From contig JAWQFM010000002.1 of NCBI GenBank assembly GCA_033442325.1, positions 1,099,881 through 1,163,324 of the forward strand: a stretch of 63,444 nucleotides of DNA. Direction: 5' to 3'. The position numbers and the translations under genes are program-made. Below are positions 1 through 14,662 of the stretch, one piece after another (positions within the stretch are counted from its first letter, which is position 1; each line of letters starts with the position of its first letter). This DNA comes from Salpingoeca rosetta. Lineage: Eukaryota > Protista > Choanoflagellata. Below the pieces are notes generated by a model. The model saw only the letters and a list, made by a program, of their open reading frames with translations. It had not been told where the DNA came from and ran no database searches.

Positions 1-53
<53 letters not shown>

Positions 54-68
54 GCCTGCTCGCGTCAT
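1..68 (-). CDS. Probable first coding exon (M-T-R-A-G-...) of a gene running off the left edge, followed by a (TG)n intron
   Basis: The minus strand reads cagcATGACGCGAGCAGGCG|GTGTGTG..., an ATG at 68 with a GT donor running straight into a TG repeat, as in other first introns here. It is divergent from the next gene and too short to identify. Confidence 0.35.
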
Positions 69-249
69 GCTGCTTGTGCTGGTGTGGTTGTGGAAAGTTT
101 GTGAAAACAGCACCCAATTATCTTTCGACGTGGAAGTTGATGACTTCTGCTCTGACTTCTTGCAACCCAAGCAAGCGGATACAAATCACACGCTGCAAGC
201 CCTCACGCTCTTGCTTCAGTCTGTCAGCCTCCTCTTCACACCACCCGCC

Positions 250-1206
250 ATGCTTGCCCTGGCTGTGGCTCGCTGTGGCCGTGCGCTGTGGTCGCACGCA
301 TGCCTCCGCACCCCGGCCTCCCTCTCGTCCTTTCGTACACTCCCCACCTCCGCCGCTGCATCCGCTGGAGCGGTGACAAAGGATTCCACTGTGTCGCAGT
401 TTGCGACTGTGCGCATCAGCAGCTCCATCCCCGTTCACGTTCAGAGCCTGGAGCCTGCGCGCAGGCCAAGCGCCCTCAAGGAAGATGCTTCGGTGGACGA
501 CAGAACACGCGTGCACATCGAGCTCAAGTAAGAATCCACCCATCGTGTGCGTGCGTTGTGCGTGTGTGTGTATGCGGTGGCAACTTGCAGCTGCAAACGT
601 GTGAGCTGTGCGCTGTGAGCTGTGAGCTGTGAGCTGTGCGCTGTGAGCTGTGAGCTGTGAGCTGTGAGCTGCGAGCCGCGAGCTGTTCTCTCTCTCTTGC
701 CCCCTCTCTGTTTCCCTCCCCTGTCTTTGTTTCTCTTCTGTCCTTCTCCTGTCCCTCCCCATCTCTCCGGTTCTTTCCTCTCTCACGCACTTGTATTTAT
801 TGATTGCCTTGTGGCGAATAGGCCAGATCGTAGCATGCACGGTGGCTTGACACAGGACGACCTGTGCATCGACCACGAGGGCGAGAATCTCGTCGTGAAA
901 TGTCATCGCCAAGGCGCAACCCTCAATGTCTGGGTTCCATTTTCGTGTGGTATGTAGCTGTAGCTTTGTCTGCTTGTGCCGTGAATGTGCAATGAGATGC
1001 CCGTTATTCTCTTGTTGCAGATCGGGGGAGGGCACTGTGTGCGCCAGTGCTTGTGTGTGTTTATGCGTACGCACGTGTTTATGCGTGTGTGCTTGGCGGT
1101 GACAATGTGGCGGACGCGTGCAAAGCCGCGAGTGTCCCTCCCTCCTCCTCCCGGCTGTGTCACCCTCTTACCCCAACGGCACCCAATTTGCTCCAACACT
1201 CACTCA

Positions 1207-1251
<45 letters not shown>

Positions 1252-1254
1252 ACG

Positions 1255-1289
<35 letters not shown>

Positions 1290-1313
1290 TCACTCACTCA
1301 CTCACTCACTCAC

Positions 1314-1372
<59 letters not shown>

Positions 1373-3613
1373 CACTCACACACACACACACACACACACA
1401 CTTTCTCTATCGTCAGGAGTGGATGCTGAGCTGAAGGAGGCAGACGAAAGCAGCAGCCCTGCCGACTTGATTGTGAGCAAGATGGAGGGCGGTGCCATCT
1501 CCTTCAAAACCGGCCGAGGTCTCGTCTCGTCCTGCCTTGTCTTGTCTTGCTTGTCGCACAACGCAACACTGCACTGTGTACAACACGTTTGGGCAGTGAG
1601 TGCGTGGGCGCCTGTACAGCCGTCAAAGCGTCATACCCAACACCAGCATCCATGCCTTGATGGTCACCTGGCGAGCGAGCGAGCGGTCATCGCCCACTCA
1701 ATGAACTGTTGGCTCTCTTGGTCGTTTGCTCATTGGTCTGCTCGCCTGCTTACCGACTCCACCTGTTTGCCTTCCCTGCAACCTTCGCTTGTGCTTGCGC
1801 TGCAGGCTCGTGTTTCCTGGCGGGTGTGAAGACATCTGCTGTGAACGGCACTTCGGACGCCGGCAACCTCGTCATCGACAGCTTGCTCGTGTGTACGCTG
1901 CAGTGATATGTCAGTGCTCCTTGCCGCGCTTGCCCAGCGGTGTTGAGCATCGTCATCATTGTTGCTGCCATACCACCATGATCACCGCTCTTTACTCGCA
2001 CTCCTTTACCGTAATCCCACCACCACCACCCCGCAACAACAGCAGTGGCAATAATCCTAGCAGCAATTGCAATTGCAACACTGCACAGCTTACGCGTCTA
2101 CCTCCTACCACGCACACACACACACACACAACACACACACACGCACACATACCAACAGGGGAATGTGAGCTATCAGAGCACGACTGGCAGTGTCTTTGTC
2201 CGTCGTGTGCAGAGCCAAGAAGTGCGTGGCGTGGGCATTGTTGCTGCTTGACTGCGCGTCTTCCAACAACGTGCTTGCATGCATAACTAACTAATCACAC
2301 AGTACACCTCAGCTTGGAGTGCACCCACCCCTCATATGGGCGATCCAGCACACATGTCGTTCACATCCCACGCATTGACACACCTGTCCACCGCACGACC
2401 GCACAGTTTGACGTTGAGCTCGCGAGCGGAACTGCGTCTGTGGAGGCGCTGTATTCGGATGTGACGCGAGTTGCGACGGAGAGCGGGCACATCAGTGTTG
2501 GCGACGCACACGGGCCGGGGTCCTATCGCTCAGACACAGGCGACATCACCCTCGGTTGGTTTCAAGCGCGCGCGCGTGTGTGTGCGAATGGTTGGGTGTG
2601 CGTTTGGTCATGTGTGGACGTTCGTGTGCAGGGGCGAGTGTGTGCGTAATTATGTGTGTTTGCACATGTGCATGGGTTTGTGTGTGTGTGTGTGTGTGCG
2701 TGTGTGTGTGTGTGTGTGCGTGTGTGTGTGTGCATGCAACTGAGCGTGTGCTCGTGCGTGTGTTTGCGACGCTGGTGCGCATGGAGCATGCATCTGCAAC
2801 ACATTTACGCGTGCATCTCAATGTCACACCACAACGTTCCGTGACACGCCTCAGGCACGGTGGATGGCCCCATGGATGTGTGGACGCGAACTGGAAACGT
2901 GTTCATGCATGTCGCGCGCGCCGTCAACGGCACTGTCAACAGCGACTCAGGTATTGACAACACTGAGCAGATGAACCCGAGAGAGAGTGTGTGTATGAGT
3001 GTATGAGTGTGTGTGTGTGAGCATGTGTGTGTGTGTGTGTGAGCATGTGTGTGTGTGTGTGTGTGTGAGTGAATGGGACAGGAAGCAGAAGAAGTGCATG
3101 CATCGTCTGGGTTTGTTGAGACCTCCGTAGTTAGACCCATGTGTGATTTGTGATGAGCACCAACTCTGACCTTCATATATGATTCACTTCCATCCAACCA
3201 TCATGCACACGAACGAAATTATTTCGTCACCACAACTGTAGGAGCGGTTGAAGTGGCCTGAGGTGCTGTATTGCACGCGCCCCCACACGCGGCGGGGGGT
3301 GCACCCCAATGACGCCACCGCCACCACCACCACCAGCAACGGCAGCAACGGCACGGGACGACCACTGGCAACAACAGCGCTGGAGCTCCGGCGCAAGAGC
3401 GGGGGGAAGCACGATGGACGCCACGGCGAAATTGAGCTGCAGGTTGGACGCGCCATCACCGAGGACGTGCCGCACACGGGCACCATCACCGTCACGCACG
3501 CGCCGGGGAAGCTGGCCGTGAGCTGCGAGTCGTACATGCAGGCGGTGATGGGCAAGCGCCGCAGCATCATCACAAATATGCGCGCAGCGTGGCCGCAGCC
3601 GTCACGCACGTGA
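250..3613 (+). CDS. FAM185A-like / DUF4097 (putative adhesin beta-strand repeat) protein, probably mitochondrial; about 8 exons
   Basis: The N-terminus [21 protein letters not shown] is Arg/Ser-rich and lacks acidic residues, like a presequence. Exons encode repeated 'x-T/S-x-x-G-x-I/V-x-V' strands ([46 protein letters not shown]). The last exon ends ...[15 protein letters not shown]...PSRT* at 3613. Confidence 0.7.
600..685 (+). repeat. 7-bp tandem repeat (TGAGCTG)n in intron 1 of the FAM185A-like gene
   Basis: Directly visible. Confidence 0.85.
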
Positions 3614-3615
3614 TT

Positions 3616-3680
<65 letters not shown>

Positions 3681-4062
3681 ACACATGCGTGCGGATGTTC
3701 TTGGAAATGACATGTGTGGCTGTGTTTGCCTCAATTGTTGTGTTGCTGTCCCATACACACGGTTTATTATTGGCGCTTGCACACACACACACACAAATGC
3801 ACAAATGCACAAATACACACACACACATACACGCAAACACACACAGTAATCGGTTACACTAAACCATGACACACTACAACCAAATGAGGACGGGTGGATG
3901 GCTCAACTCAGACCTACCATAGTTAGTCATGAAAGTCGTTGGACAGGCAGGCAGGCAGACACACATACACAGACATACAAAGACATACAAAGACGTACAA
4001 AGACACCCCCCCCCACACACACACACACACAGAGGCCCAGCCAGCCTGCGAGCGCTGCTGGA

Positions 4063-7000
4063 TCACTTGTGGTCGTCGTCGTCACCGATGAGACGGGTGA
4101 GGAGATGGTCGCCAGGCTCCTCCGGCTGAAGATACCTGTGATAGCCGCAGCGGTGGTGGTGATGGTGGTGATGGTGAGGAAACAAGGCCGGGTGAGTTCA
4201 TGGTGTCATTCTCCTAATGAAGCGCAATGAAACACAACACAACACAACACAACACAACACAACACAACACAAAACAACACAACACAACACAACACAACAC
4301 AACACAACACACGCACAGAGCACAGCACGGCATAACACCCCTTGTCCTTTTCCTCAACGCACTTATCAGCGAGGAAGGAGCGCTCTGCCAAGACGCGTGT
4401 GAGCTCGTGCGGGGCGAGTACGGGCCGCGCACTGCGGAGAAAGTTGACCAGCTTCACCCTGCTGTAGAAGTCAAGGCGATGCTTTGCCATGACAGCAAGC
4501 AGGTCGCACCCGTGCACCTGGCGCATGTGTCGCAGCACGTGGTCCGGGTGCATGCACACGGTTGAGCAGAACAGGCACGATGTGGGCGCCTTCTCGCTCT
4601 CCAGCCACGTGCGCCACTCCCCTTCATCATCACCACCATTGTCATCATCGTCGTCAGCACCACCACGGCGCTGAATGCGGCGGTGCGCGGATCCCCCGTG
4701 CCCGCGCCAACTGCTGCTATTCACAGCACCTCGCTCGCGACCGTGCCCCCATCGCTGCCGCTGCCCGCGCTCGCCACGCCCTTTTCCTTCCATTTCCATT
4801 CCCTTTCGCGTCACGGCACCAGTGTCACCGCGTGGTGCTGATGTCTGCGCAGGTGCTCTGGCAGCCGCGACTGATGCCAGAGCTGCATCCGCGTCGCCAA
4901 TGCTCCCTGCCTGTGTCGGCTCCCCTACTGCCGCTGTACAAGCTGCACAATCTGTAGCTGGTGCAGTGGCCGTTGTGCTTGTCGCGGTTGTGCTGGTTGT
5001 AGCAAGCGTGCTGGTTGTGGCTGGTGTGCGCCGCCAAGCACCCTCGTCTCGCTGCTCGCTCCGTGGTGGTGCGCATGTGTCCGTGTGTGAACCAGTCTCC
5101 GCCCCGCTTTCCGTCTCACCACCACTGCCATCATGATGCTGGTGCTGGTGCTGGTGCTGGTGGCGTTGCCTGCGTTTCTGCTTGGAGTGCTGTCCGCTCT
5201 TTCCCACACGCTCCCTCTGCATCACCTCATCATCATCCGTGTGCCCCTGGTGCTGCTTATGGTGTTGGTGCGGGACACGAGCAGCCGGTGATGACGACGA
5301 TGACGACGGCGTCGCGTGCTGGTGCGATTTGCCTCTGCCTCGCTGCGTCTTGTGCTGTCTTTTTCTTCGCCCACTGCCCCTGCGACTGCCACCACCGCTG
5401 CTACTGTTACCGCCGTCACTCGACTGGGCGCCGTCGGATGTGCCGCCTCCATCACCATCGTCGTCAACAATTGTCTGCCACGGCGTCCCGGGATCCTGTG
5501 CACAGCAGCGGCGTGTGAGTGAGTGAGTGAGTGAGTGAGTGAGTGAGTGAGTGAGTGAGTGAGCGAGTGAGTGAGTGAGTGAGTGAGTGAGTGAGTGAGT
5601 GAGTGAGTGTGTATGTGTGTGAGTGTGTGCGTACGTGAGCGAGTGTGTGTAAGTATGTGTATGTGTGTAAGTAGGTGTATGTGTGTAAGTATGTGTATGT
5701 GTGTATGTGTGTATGTGTATGTGTGTGTGTGAACGTGTGTGTGAATGTGTGTGTGTGTGTGTGTGAGTGTGTGTGTATGTAAGTATGTGTGTGTGTGCGT
5801 GTGTGTGTGTACTGTCGTTGGGCAGTGGAATGTGGCACAGCCGTTCTGTGGCACAACCGTTCTGTGCCGCTCACGCTCTCTTCCATCCCCCGTCCCGATT
5901 CCCCACAGTTCCAACGTCCAATGCGCGCACCGTGTAAGTGATGATGTAGTGCTCGTCAAAGGTGTGGTCGTTTGGGTTGAGCTTGTAATGCCTCTTCTTG
6001 CGGAGATGCGCCTTGAACTTTGGCCAGTCGTCAAACCGCTTGCAGCAATACGGGCAGATGCGCTCGCACACGCGTGCCTGTTTGCACAGAGACACCCGAC
6101 AGCGGCAAGGTGGAGGTGGACACACACATGTGGTCAGAGGGCGAGGCTGGCCGTGACGCAAGCATGGGCACACACGCACGCACACATGTGAAAACACACA
6201 CACACACACACGCACGCACGCACACACACACCACGCACACGCACACGCACACACTCACCTACACACGCACACACATGCGCACACACATGTGAAACAAAGG
6301 GTGTAGCGAGCAACCAGGATTGGGAATACGTCCTGCTCCCAACGCACAGCAACCCACCTCAATTTTGTCGAGCAGCTGGTGGATGTGAACAATGTTGTCT
6401 GGCAATCCGATGTTGAAATGGTGGCGGGAAAACAAGTGCTGTCAAGCATCCACACATGTGTGTGGGTGTGGGTGCGCGTGTGTATGGTGCGTGGATGAGA
6501 CGAGGCAATTCTAACACGAGTTTCAAGTGCGCAGAGCCAAGCGACATGCCAAACGATGCACAATGCGCCCATCATCTCCATATGAACACGGTCAGAGGAC
6601 AGACATGCAGAAGAAGAGGCATACGCTCACACAGGGTATCCACACATTGACAAACACACGCATACCGCGGCACAATCACTCATCAGTACGCAAATACACA
6701 CACACACGCACACACACGTCGAGAAAGGGGCGAACGCCATCGATGGGATCAGCGTCCTTGCAGAAGAAGCAGCGCCGAGAGAACGGCTGGCTGCGTTCAA
6801 GCCGCTTGCACTCCAGGACTTGTTTCTATCGCCGTCACATGCATTGGTAGGGGATAAGTTGGCGCCAACGTGAGCACTGCCTTGAAAGGGAAGGGCGGAG
6901 GAACACCATGTGAGTGGATGCAGCGCGCCAAGCGAACAAGCACCAGTTACACGCCGTACATACAAGCCGCTTGTCGTTGAAGAGCTTGCGTAGCCGGATG

Positions 7001-7623
7001 TCAGCAGCAGATCCCCCGAGCATGTACAACTTGTCTGCGCACAACATGAGTCCAGCAGCACAAGCGAATCAGTGTAACGACAAACGCCAGTTCATGCAAA
7101 GGCAGCTTGTCCCCCCCACACACACACATATATACGCACACTTATGCAGCTGTAAGTTTCCTTGGGCAACGCTTCAAAAACACAACACTACCTTCTGAAG
7201 CGTGGATGGGGTCGTCTGAGGGAGCTGTTGCTGCTGCTGTTGTTGCTGTTGCTGAGGGCTGTGTGCCGGTTGACTGTTGTTTCGCCGTTTCTGCTTCGGA
7301 ACGCTGCAGAACAGAGCACATGGCAGCCAAAGGCGCCGTTGAGGCTTGCTGCTCCTGCTGCAAGTACGCCTTCCGATAGTAGCTCAAATACCTGCCCAGC
7401 AAGCAGTCCAAACCGGCACGTTAGGCTTTCTTGACAGACGTGCGGCGCACGTTACGGTTCATGTGCGGCACATGTGCGGCACACGCACAACTTCTCCACC
7501 ACAAACCCAAGCACACACACACAAGCACACGCACAGACACACAAGCACACACAAGCACACACGGACACAGACACACACAGACACACACAGACACACACAC
7601 AGACACACACACACACAGACACA

Positions 7624-7670
<47 letters not shown>

Positions 7671-7902
7671 GCACGTCCAACCCCCCCCCCTCTCTCTCTC
7701 TCTCCAAACCGTTTGCAACTCACTCTGGCAGGTTGGAGATTTTGTGGACATCGTTGATGACCAAGGAGTGGGCACCAAGCATATGCACCAAGACCTGTTC
7801 CCGCGGTCCACAATGCACTTGGCCACACACGACACACACATGCACCTCCGCTGCGCGCAACGCGCATCCAGCACACCCGCCGCCGCCTTCTCTGCCGGCC
7901 AT
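4063..7902 (-). CDS. ZNF277: Zinc finger protein 277 homologue (C2H2 fingers), multi-exon
   Basis: Spliced motifs include CVVC...[117 protein letters not shown] and the terminal [13 protein letters not shown]. The splice phases checked are consistent. Confidence 0.88.
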
Positions 7903-8097
7903 GCCGAAACTTTATGCGTATTTTCAACCAATCGCCAACAATCATCATCGCCCCTGTTCGAAGGACTGCCCACCATCCATTGCTTGGTTGTGTTGGCGTT
8001 GCTGCTGTTTGGATTGTTTGTTTGAACCACATACAGCAACCAGCAGCAGCAGATTCCTCGTGCCTCAAACCCTCCTCGCGCGCGCTGGTTGATGTGA
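7903..8097. promoter_or_regulatory. Candidate bidirectional promoter, ZNF277/NEDD4 (about 195 bp ATG to ATG)
   Basis: Divergent start codons flank a repeat-free stretch containing ACTTTATGCGTATTTTCA at 7909-7926. Confidence 0.6.
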
Positions 8098-8913
8098 ATG
8101 TCGACGATGCTGAAAGGTGGAGAAACAGCAGGCCCAAAGATGGGCCCACCGCTGCTGATTCAACCGGTGAGAAAGGCGAACACGCCGTCCGTCATAGCTT
8201 CTGTGGCCTTTTGTCTTGCTTGTGTTGTGTTGGGTTACGTTGCACGTCAAGCTGCACGTCACCGTGGCTTACACGTTCATGCTCGTTAATTGGGGGATCT
8301 ATTGCATGGTTGCAGAAGAGCGCCTCAGACCTGGTGAAGAAGAGCCGGCTGGGCGTGGCTGAGCCGTACGTCGTGGCGAAGGTTCGTGTGTGTTCTCTCT
8401 TTCCTAGGTGTGCTCTCTTTCCGACGTGTTCTCTCTTTCCAACGTGTTCTCTCTTTCCAACGTATTCTCTCTTTCGTGCGTGTGCTCTCTTTCATGCACA
8501 CACACACACACACATGCACACTCGCTCTGCTCGGGCAACTCCATACATGATCGCCATCCACGACCGTGTGTGAGAGGTGTACGCAGATGTTCCCCTCCCC
8601 CCAACGCAAACTCTTACTTGGTTGCCCAGCAATCATTCTTTGTTGATGTGGTAGAGTGCTCCGCTGACGTTCAGCATTCTGTTTACCCATCTTGAGAGCA
8701 TGATAACAAACCTGCCGCCTTGTTACACACACACACATACACACACACCTGCTCTGTGCTTTGTCGCTGTAGTTGACACAAGTTGACCCAATGGTTGTGT
8801 CGAAGCCCTCCATGTGTGGAACTCGCGCCCGCACACGACATGCCGTAGGATTGAACCCAACGGTGCGTGCATGTTCGTATGGGTGATGGCATCCGTGTGT
8901 GCTGCCTGTGTGC

Positions 8914-8967
<54 letters not shown>

Positions 8968-11389
8968 TGTGTGCGTGTGTGCTTGTGTGCGTGTGTGCTT
9001 GTGTGAGAGGGCCTTGAGGGTCCTCCTATCTTTTGTGTGTTTATATTCTCCTCGCATGCGAATTCGTGGCCTCTTACATTCACTCACGCTCATCCTATCG
9101 GCCCACCTTGCGACAAATTTGCTTGTGCGTTTGTTTCCTCACCGCATACTTTTGGTCTTCATTCGCACGTGCTGCAGTGGGACGACGTGCTGCAGCTCAA
9201 CTGGAAAGTCGAAGGCCACATTGATGAACACAACGGCCCGCACTACTTCCTCCTTCTGCAAATCTTTGACAGACATCGCCTTGGCCGTGACAGCTTCCTC
9301 GGACAGGTCTGACACACACACGCACACACACACACAGACACACAGACACAGACACACACACACACACACACACACACACAAGCACACGCACACACACACG
9401 CACACGCCAACGGCGCTGCAATGCAGTCATGTCATGACTCTTCCAACAGCAGTGTCCATATGGTTGTGTTCGTGCACTGAAGCCCACGTGAAACTGAGCA
9501 CAGATGACAGGCACATGCACACACAAGCACACGTGCAACTATCATCACACACTCATACACGCCCCATGTTTGCGCCTATGCCGCTGTGCTTCATGGTAGG
9601 CGGTGTTGAATCTGCGACTGCTGCCCCCGAGTGCACGCTCCTTCTCAGACACGCCCGCCGTGCTGAACATTCCCCTTCGCCCGCGCACAAGAAAGCAGCG
9701 CGTCAGCGGCCACCTGCGTGTTGCTGTCGGCTATGACCTGGGCGCTGTAGGTGGAGGCGCAGGCAAGCGCACGACAGCAGCGACGAAACGCGGCCAGCCC
9801 GAGTCGTTCTCGGCGTCGCCAGCAGCCACAGCGCACGCACAGCCGCTCGATCTTGGCTTTGCAAAGATGGTGGGACATGCGGAGCCATCGTCCGCAACGA
9901 CTCACGCACGGGATGGCCGCGATGACCGCAATGGCAGCGGGACGGCGACTGGCGGCACCGGTGCTGTCTCATCAGCAGAGGCGGCCAGAGCAGCAGCGGA
10001 AGACGCAGTGGAACTGGACGAACCATCCACAGATGACGCAATCGAGCAACGCCCCCTGCCTGAAGGGTGGGGCACGAAGACAGACCGCCAAGGCCGGCTC
10101 TTGTACGTGAACCACAAGCTGCGGCGCGTGACATATCGCCACCCACTTGATATCCGCCGCTCAAGCAGAAGAACCAGCAGTGGAAGCGCGCGCATATACT
10201 GCGCACAAGTGTCGCCGCACCCCCGTGGTGACACGGGTGATGCAAGCGACACGTGTGAGGACGACGTGTTTGTGCAGGTGGAGGAAGTGCCGATTGCCAC
10301 GACCACCACCACGACCACCACCAGCAATGACGACGAACATACACGTGCACATGACGCATCACACGGAAGCAGCGCCGGGCGCGGTGTCAACGATGTGAGC
10401 AGCGCCGATGGCCGAGGTGGCCACGACACCAGCGATGAGCAAGGTGGCCGTCATGCAAATGACGATGGCGCTGCGGTGGAGTCGTCGACGTTTTCTGTTG
10501 AGGACGCGCTGCCGCCGGGCTGGGTCAAGTCCAAGACGGCCACGGGCAGGTGCGAAGTGTTTCGTTCGTGTGTGTTTGCGTGTGCGTGTGTGTGTGTGGG
10601 CGGGGTTGTGTGTGTGTGTGTGTGTTTGCGTGTGTGTGTGTGTGTGTTTTCTTTGACAACTCGGCTGATTCCCCTGCGTGCTGCGGTGCTGTGCACGCCC
10701 ACACCCCATTCTGGTTGCCTGCAGGGTGTTCTTCATTGACCACAACACGAAGCGAACAACCTGGGATGATCCACGCACACATTACCGACGTAAGCACGCC
10801 ACAACATATTTGGGGGGGGGGGATAGCGAGCATGTCAGGGGTGCACGCACACGTCAGTTGCAGTTGCATCGTAGTGAAGAACGCATATTTACAGTCAGGG
10901 TGGGATTTCTGTTTCTGCATTCTTCAGTGCTACCCGCACGTTGTTTCTGTCCACACACATTCACACACACACACACACACACTTGGCTCCTCCTTCTGTC
11001 ACACACACACATACACATATGTGTGCGCAGGGATGGGTGTTGGTGAGAATGCGGTGAACTTGCCGCGCGTGCGTCGGTTGCAGCCAGCGGACAGCCTGTC
11101 CGATTTGGGCATGCTCCCTGCCAAGTGGGAGGAGCGGCAGACAGAACGCGGGCGGCGGTACTTTGTGAACCACCGAACGCGCACGACGCAGTGGGAGGAC
11201 CCGCGCACTGGATTGCCGCCATCAACGGCCGACGCGGGCGTGAGCGCCATCTTCTCCCAGGCGTTTGTGGACAAGAAGCGACACCTCCACTCGCTCATCA
11301 AACGAACGAGACCACGTGGCAAGGTGTGGTGTGGTGTATGTGCGTGTGTGTGTGTAGTGTGTGTGTGTCGTGTGTGTGTGTGTGCGTGC

Positions 11390-11458
<69 letters not shown>

Positions 11459-11734
11459 GTGTGTGTGTGTGTGTATTTGCTGGCATGTCGGTAGTGGGCG
11501 GGCATCTGCAGTCAGCCTTGGTGGCCGTTGTGTGAGTATTGCCGAGCCCATCTCCTCACACACATGCATTCTCGCGCGTGCGCACGTGTGCAGTGCGACA
11601 TCAGCGTGAGTCGCAGCCGCATCTTTGAGCAGTCGTACAGCGCCGTGCTCGGCATGTCCCCTGACCAGCTCCGCAGGGAACTCAGGATCACCTTTGAAGG
11701 TGGGGCTGGCTTGGGGCGCGCGCGTGTGTGTGTG

Positions 11735-11773
<39 letters not shown>

Positions 11774-13029
11774 GTGTGTGTGTGTGTGTGCGTGTGTGTG
11801 TGTGTGCGTGTGTGTGTGCACACATGCGTCTGTTCGCGTCTCTCCTGTGTGTGTGTGTGTCTTCATGTGTCTGTGCGCGGCTGTGTGTTCCTGCATCTGT
11901 GTATGTGTCTGCTTGCTGTGCTTTGTTGTAACGTTGGGTCACATGAGCACGTGCTTGGCGTATTCCTTCGTTTGCGTGTGTTGTTGCGTTTACGGTAACG
12001 CCAGAGGAGCGCGGCCTTGACTTTGGCGGGCCGACGCGCGAATGGTTCTACCTCCTCAGCCACGAAATGTACGTGTTGCACACACACACACACTGACATC
12101 CATGTGTGAGCCAATCAATGCGGTTCTGCGTTGCGCCATGGCCTCATCCCGCCCCCTCCCTTGTTCCCATTCCTACTTCACAGGTTCAACCCGTACTACG
12201 GGTTGTTTGAGTACAGCGCCGCCGATAGCTACACGCTACAGATGAGTCCCACCAGCAGCGTCAACCCAGACCACCTGCGCTACTTCCAGTTCATCGGGCG
12301 CGTTGTTGGCATGGCCATCTACCACGGCAGGCTGCTCGACGTCTTCTTCATCCACCCTTTCTACAAGGTGTGCTGTGTGTCGTGTATATGTGTGTGTGTG
12401 TGCGTGTGTGTGTGTGTGTGTCGTGTGTCGTGTGTCGTGTGTCGTGTGTGTGAGTGTGTGTGTGCGTGCGCGCGCGTGTGTGCATGTATCCCACGGTCTG
12501 GTTGTTCGAAATGCCTCATAACCCGCGACCATCGTCATCACCGCCACTGCCACCACCAGATGATGCTGCGCCGCCACATCGCGCTGGCCGATGTGGAGGT
12601 GGTGGATGCAGATTACTACCGCTCTCTTCAGTGGATCCTTGACAACGACCCAACCCAACTCGAACTCACCTTTGAGGTCCGCAAACGCACACACACACGC
12701 ACACATGTTCACATGTTCACATTCAATGCCTGTGACACACGCACACACACACACACGCACACACACATGCACACACACATGCACACGCACGCACACATAC
12801 TCTCTTAACTCCAACATTCAACGTTCCCGCTCACCATGTGTACTCGGTTTTTTGTGCGTGCAGGTTGATCGTGAAGAGTTTGGAACGGTGACACATATTG
12901 AACTCAAGCCTGGTGGTGCCGACATTCCCGTGACGCAAGACAACAAGGAGGAGTATGTGAACCTTGTTGTGAAACACAAGTTTGTGGACCAGGTCGCCGC
13001 ACAAATGGACGCGTGAGTGCTCATTGATT

Positions 13030-13109
<80 letters not shown>

Positions 13110-13802
13110 AGGTTTCGTTCTCGAGGTGACTTGCGTCATTTTTTGATGTTCGCTCTGCCCCTCTGCACACCTCGGCTACATTGAATTCTGCCCGGCACTG
13201 TCTCACCTCGTCCTGTCATGATGGTTTGATATGTGTGGATGGTTCTTTTTTGTGCACATGTGTGCGGGTGCGTGTGTGCAGGTTCATGGAGGGCCTGACT
13301 GCGATTGTGCCCCTGGATTGGCTGGAGCCGTTCACGTCACACGAACTCGAGCTCCTCATCAGCGGCATTTCAGAAATTGACATCCACGACTGGCGCGCAC
13401 ACACCGTCTACCTTGACGGCTACACCAACCGCTCACAGGTGCATGCATGCATACGTGTGCGTGCGTGTGTGCATGTGTGCATGTGTTGTTTGAGAGAGAG
13501 TGTGTGTGTGAGGGAGTGTCGGGATGATTCTTTGTTTGTGTGTTTTGTCTCCGTCAGAACACTGCGTGGAGGCAAGGTCACGCGTGATGTGGATTGATAG
13601 TCAAGAGCGATGGTGTTGCGCTTGCGGCCTTCTTCATAGGTGTCTGCCTCTGCTCATGCACGGGTGCACTTGCGTGCCTGCATCTGATGGTTACTTTGTC
13701 TCTGTGGGAAACAGGTGATTGGATGGTTCTGGCAGGCCATCTCCTCCCTCAACATGCAGGAGCGCGCACGCGTCTTGCAGTTCGTCACAGGTGTGTGTGT
13801 GT

Positions 13803-13860
<58 letters not shown>

Positions 13861-14600
13861 TCGAGCCTTCAGCCGTTTCCTCCTCTCTGCACGGTGCATT
13901 TTCTTCGCTTCCACTTTGCACAACCCATAGTTCCTTCACCACGCCCTTCACATCCTCCTCGCGTGCATCCCAGGCACATCGCGCGTGCCGATGAACGGGT
14001 TTGCTGAGCTGTACGGATCAAATGGTCTGCAGCGCTTCTGCATTGCCCGTCGGTGAGCAGTCATTCATGGTTGTCTGCGGTCTTGTTCAAGCTGTCACTG
14101 TTGCTGTGGTATTGTTGCAGTTTGTTGGGTATCATTGGATTGTTGCTGTTTGTGAGGTGTTGTTGATGTGTTCATGTCTCGCTCACACGCCCTCCTACCG
14201 TGCGCCTACGCCAACTGCTGCTGTTGTTGCCTTGTTGCCATTGTGTCATTGCATCTTCTTCGTAAAACCAGTGGCGGTCGTTCGCAACTGCCGCGTGCAC
14301 ACACGTGCTTCAACCGACTGGATCTCCCACAGTACCAGTCCTACGACGAAGTGAGCGCGCACGCAGTGTGTGTATGTGTGCCTCTGTGTGTATGTGTGTG
14401 CGTGTGCGTGCGACTTCTTGCAGTTATGAGGTCTCCTCTGTGTGTGTGTGTGCTGCTGTGACATCTCCTGCTCATCGTTTCCCGTGCACCACCTCACACC
14501 GTCACTCCACATTGTGTCGCATCACCACCTCTCGCTTCAGCTTCGGGAAAAGCTGCTGTTGGCAGTTGAGAACACGGAGGGATATGATGGCGTCGACTGA
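8098..14600 (+). CDS. NEDD4: Nedd4-family HECT E3 ubiquitin ligase (C2, 3 WW, HECT)
   Basis: C2 domain: [22 protein letters not shown] and [18 protein letters not shown] repeats: [57 protein letters not shown] domain: [24 protein letters not shown], catalytic [14 protein letters not shown] and the end [12 protein letters not shown]. The ATG at 8098 gives a phase-0 join into the C2 exon. Confidence 0.93.
8389..8494 (+). repeat. 18-bp minisatellite (about 6 copies, GTGTTCTCTCTTTCCAAC-like) in a NEDD4 intron
   Basis: Directly visible; it translates as repeated CSLFPT in the spurious ORF. Confidence 0.85.
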
Positions 14601-14616
14601 TGGCCACACCCACACA

Positions 14617-14662
<46 letters not shown>

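Noticed and set aside
7914-8573. ORF from 7914 as the NEDD4 start
   Set aside because: Its phase at the 8167 donor does not match the C2 exon, whereas the ATG at 8098 joins in phase.
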